DNA of 64,000 nt from an uncultured SAR116 cluster alpha proteobacterium (GTDB lineage: Bacteria > Pseudomonadota > Alphaproteobacteria > Puniceispirillales > Puniceispirillaceae): contig CACGLE010000001.1 of NCBI GenBank assembly GCA_902573725.1, forward strand, positions 11,479 through 75,478, written 5' to 3'. Below are positions 62,308 through 64,000 of this stretch, in pieces. Made by a program: the position numbers and the translations under genes. The notes under the pieces were generated by a model. That model was not told where the DNA came from. It saw nothing but the letters and a program-made list of their open reading frames with translations, and ran no database searches. Every line of letters begins with the position of its first letter. Position 1 is the stretch's first letter.

Positions 62308-63465
62308 GTGAAGAAAAAAATGAGAACATTAAAACATCATTTATGCATTATTGTTACTGACGCTATTTCTTTCAATGTATTGTATGAAGACCAGCTTGAA
62401 TATCTATCTAACAATGCTGTACAACTGACGTTAATTTGTGGGGGATCAAATGAAGAAATTTTCAAGCTAAGAGAACGCTGTGTTGGTAAAGTCGTCAATT
62501 TAGGCTTCGTACGTAAGACAAGTATATTAATTGATGCATTAGTATTATTAAGATTAATTTGGCATTTTATTTGGAATAGATATCCCACGGTAATTTATAC
62601 TACTCCTAAAGCACTTTTACTTGGCTCTATCGCTTCATTCTTTACTCGCCAAAAGAGAAGAGTTGCCTACTTTCAGGGTCGTGTTTACGAAAATTTTTCC
62701 GGTCCCCTCAGAAAAATTTTTATTATTTTAGATACGCTGGTGGTAAGGCTGTCTCATGAGACATTATTTGTGTCACAGTCTTTATTAGATGAATTTAAGC
62801 GAGAATTTAAAGAAATAGAAACAAAGGGAGTGGTTTTAGGGAGTGGATCTATTAATGGTGTAAATTTAAAAAAATTTTCCAAGATACCTGAAAATAGTCA
62901 AAAATTAGAAAAATTGCGTTCAGAATTAAATATAAGTAATTCTGATTTTTTAATAATAATAGTTGGTCGAATAAACCGAGATAAAGGCATCAAACAGATT
63001 GAAGAAGTAATTTATTCAGTGCAACAGCATCAAACAAAAATCCAGTTTTTATTTGTTGGAAATGCTGAGGACCAAGAATCTAAAATCATAATGAAAAAAC
63101 TCATGTTATTGAATAATGTTATGCATGTTAGCTTTTCAAAAGAGGTCCATCTTTATATGGCATTAGCGCAGATTCACTTGTTTCTATCTCTTCGAGAAGG
63201 CTTTGGGAATGTTGCTATTGAGGCAGCCTCCTTTGGCATTCCCACTTTAGCATATAATGTGGTGGGAGTTCGAGACAGTGTGGTAGATAATGTTACTGGC
63301 CGTAAGTTTGAATATAAAAAAACATCAGCAGTAACAGAATATATTTTTCGTATTTACCACGGGGAACAGCAGTTCAACAAACAAGCAGCACGGTCGTGGG
63401 TTATTAATAATTTTAGTCAAGAATATGTTTGGAAAAATTTCTTAAAATTTTTAACTGAAAAATAA
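62308..63465 (+). CDS. Glycosyltransferase family 4 (GT-B, group 1)
   Basis: The C-terminal half has the EX7E-type motif region EGFGNVAIEAASFGIPTLA. The start is either the GTG at 62308 or the ATG at 62320. Confidence 0.75.
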   Translation: MKKKMRTLKHHLCIIVTDAISFNVLYEDQLEYLSNNAVQLTLICGGSNEEIFKLRERCVGKVVNLGFVRKTSILIDALVLLRLIWHFIWNRYPTVIYTTPKALLLGSIASFFTRQKRRVAYFQGRVYENFSGPLRKIFIILDTLVVRLSHETLFVSQSLLDEFKREFKEIETKGVVLGSGSINGVNLKKFSKIPENSQKLEKLRSELNISNSDFLIIIVGRINRDKGIKQIEEVIYSVQQHQTKIQFLFVGNAEDQESKIIMKKLMLLNNVMHVSFSKEVHLYMALAQIHLFLSLREGFGNVAIEAASFGIPTLAYNVVGVRDSVVDNVTGRKFEYKKTSAVTEYIFRIYHGEQQFNKQAARSWVINNFSQEYVWKNFLKFLTEK

Positions 63466-63664
63466 AAAATAGTATCTAGAATTTTATATATTCAAACAGA
63501 TGAATATGACACCTTTTAGATAGGTATTATAAAATCTGATGATAAATTAAAACAAACTTATCATTAGATAAACATTAGAAAAATTTTTTTGGTAAGACAG
63601 GTATAAATTCTTTTTTAATTTTTTTACTCTGGTCTATAAGTGATTAATTGTAGGAAATAGTGAA

Positions 63665-64000
63665 TTGTTGAAGCGAAGTACTGATATAATTGGAGCAATT
63701 TTAGGGATAATTGTGTTTTCACCTGTTTTTATATTTGTTGCTATAATTATATGGTGTGTGCTTGGTTGGCCTATCTTTTTCTTTCATGATAGGCCTGGTC
63801 TTAATGAAAAAATATTTAGGTTAATAAAATTTCGCACAATGCTTATAGCCTTTGATCCACTTGGCAATCCTTTGCCTGACTCTGAGCGGCAAACCCGTCT
63901 TGGACATTTCCTCCGTTCAAGTTCGTTAGATGAGTTGCCTGAACTTCTAAATGTTCTAAAAGGTGATATGAGTATAGTTGGCCCTCGTCCTTTGTTGAAA
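63665..64000 (+). CDS. Bacterial sugar transferase (polyprenyl-phosphate hexose-1-phosphate transferase family), 3'-partial
   Basis: It is not in the ORF track because it runs off the window. My hand translation from the TTG at 63665 gives LLKRSTDIIGAILGIIVFSPVF...KFRTM...LDELPELLNVLKGDMSIVGPRPLL, which has the hallmark motifs of the family. Confidence 0.8.
   Translation, partial: MLKRSTDIIGAILGIIVFSPVFIFVAIIIWCVLGWPIFFFHDRPGLNEKIFRLIKFRTMLIAFDPLGNPLPDSERQTRLGHFLRSSSLDELPELLNVLKGDMSIVGPRPLLK

Noticed and set aside
63536-63567. A 10-bp stem (CTGATGATAA / TTATCATTAG) between the glycosyltransferase and sugar-transferase genes, considered as a terminator.
   Set aside because: It has a 12-nt loop, includes a G-U pair, and is not followed by a T-run. 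This is not enough to call an intrinsic terminator in such AT-rich DNA.
1-64000. Defence systems, toxin-antitoxin pairs, CRISPR arrays, IS elements or transposases, integrases, prophage genes.
   Set aside because: Every ORF of meaningful length is accounted for by a conserved housekeeping or metabolic family. I noticed no repeat-spacer structure, terminal inverted repeats or recombinase motifs.

Overview
This is a 64-kb chromosomal segment of an AT-rich alphaproteobacterium. G+C looks like the high 30s percent by eye and was not computed. The taxonomic call rests on conserved gene strings (fdxA-carD-rpoH, xseB-ispA-dxs, NDUFA12-mlaD-DUF2155, rne/amiC/mrcA/prfB, imuA-imuB-dnaE2) and on a GAAC-N7-GAAC LexA box.

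The window is almost entirely densely packed core housekeeping genes. I saw no IS elements, prophage, CRISPR array or recognisable defence genes.

Notable blocks:
- A methylamine demethylation cluster at 11.5-20.9 kb: dimethylglycine dehydrogenase plus a pyrrolysine-free MttB-family methyltransferase, convergent with sarcosine oxidase soxBDAG.
- An SOS mutagenesis cassette imuA-imuB-dnaE2 at 21.5-27.2 kb with a perfect LexA box.
- N-degron components clpS-clpA and aat.
- A B12-dependent class II ribonucleotide reductase.
- A sulfur cluster cysE / NifS-like desulfurase / 2Fe-2S ferredoxin / mnmA.
- A tRNA(CAU) followed by glycosyltransferase and sugar-transferase genes that run off the window.

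The most unusual thing I can see directly is a G10 homopolymer at the 5' end of dnaE2. It puts the only plausible ATG out of frame with about 48 conserved N-terminal codons. This is either an assembly error or a slippage switch on the error-prone polymerase.

I found no clear multi-gene novel system. The other findings are modest and are scored accordingly. Start codons are inferred by eye and may be off by a few codons.
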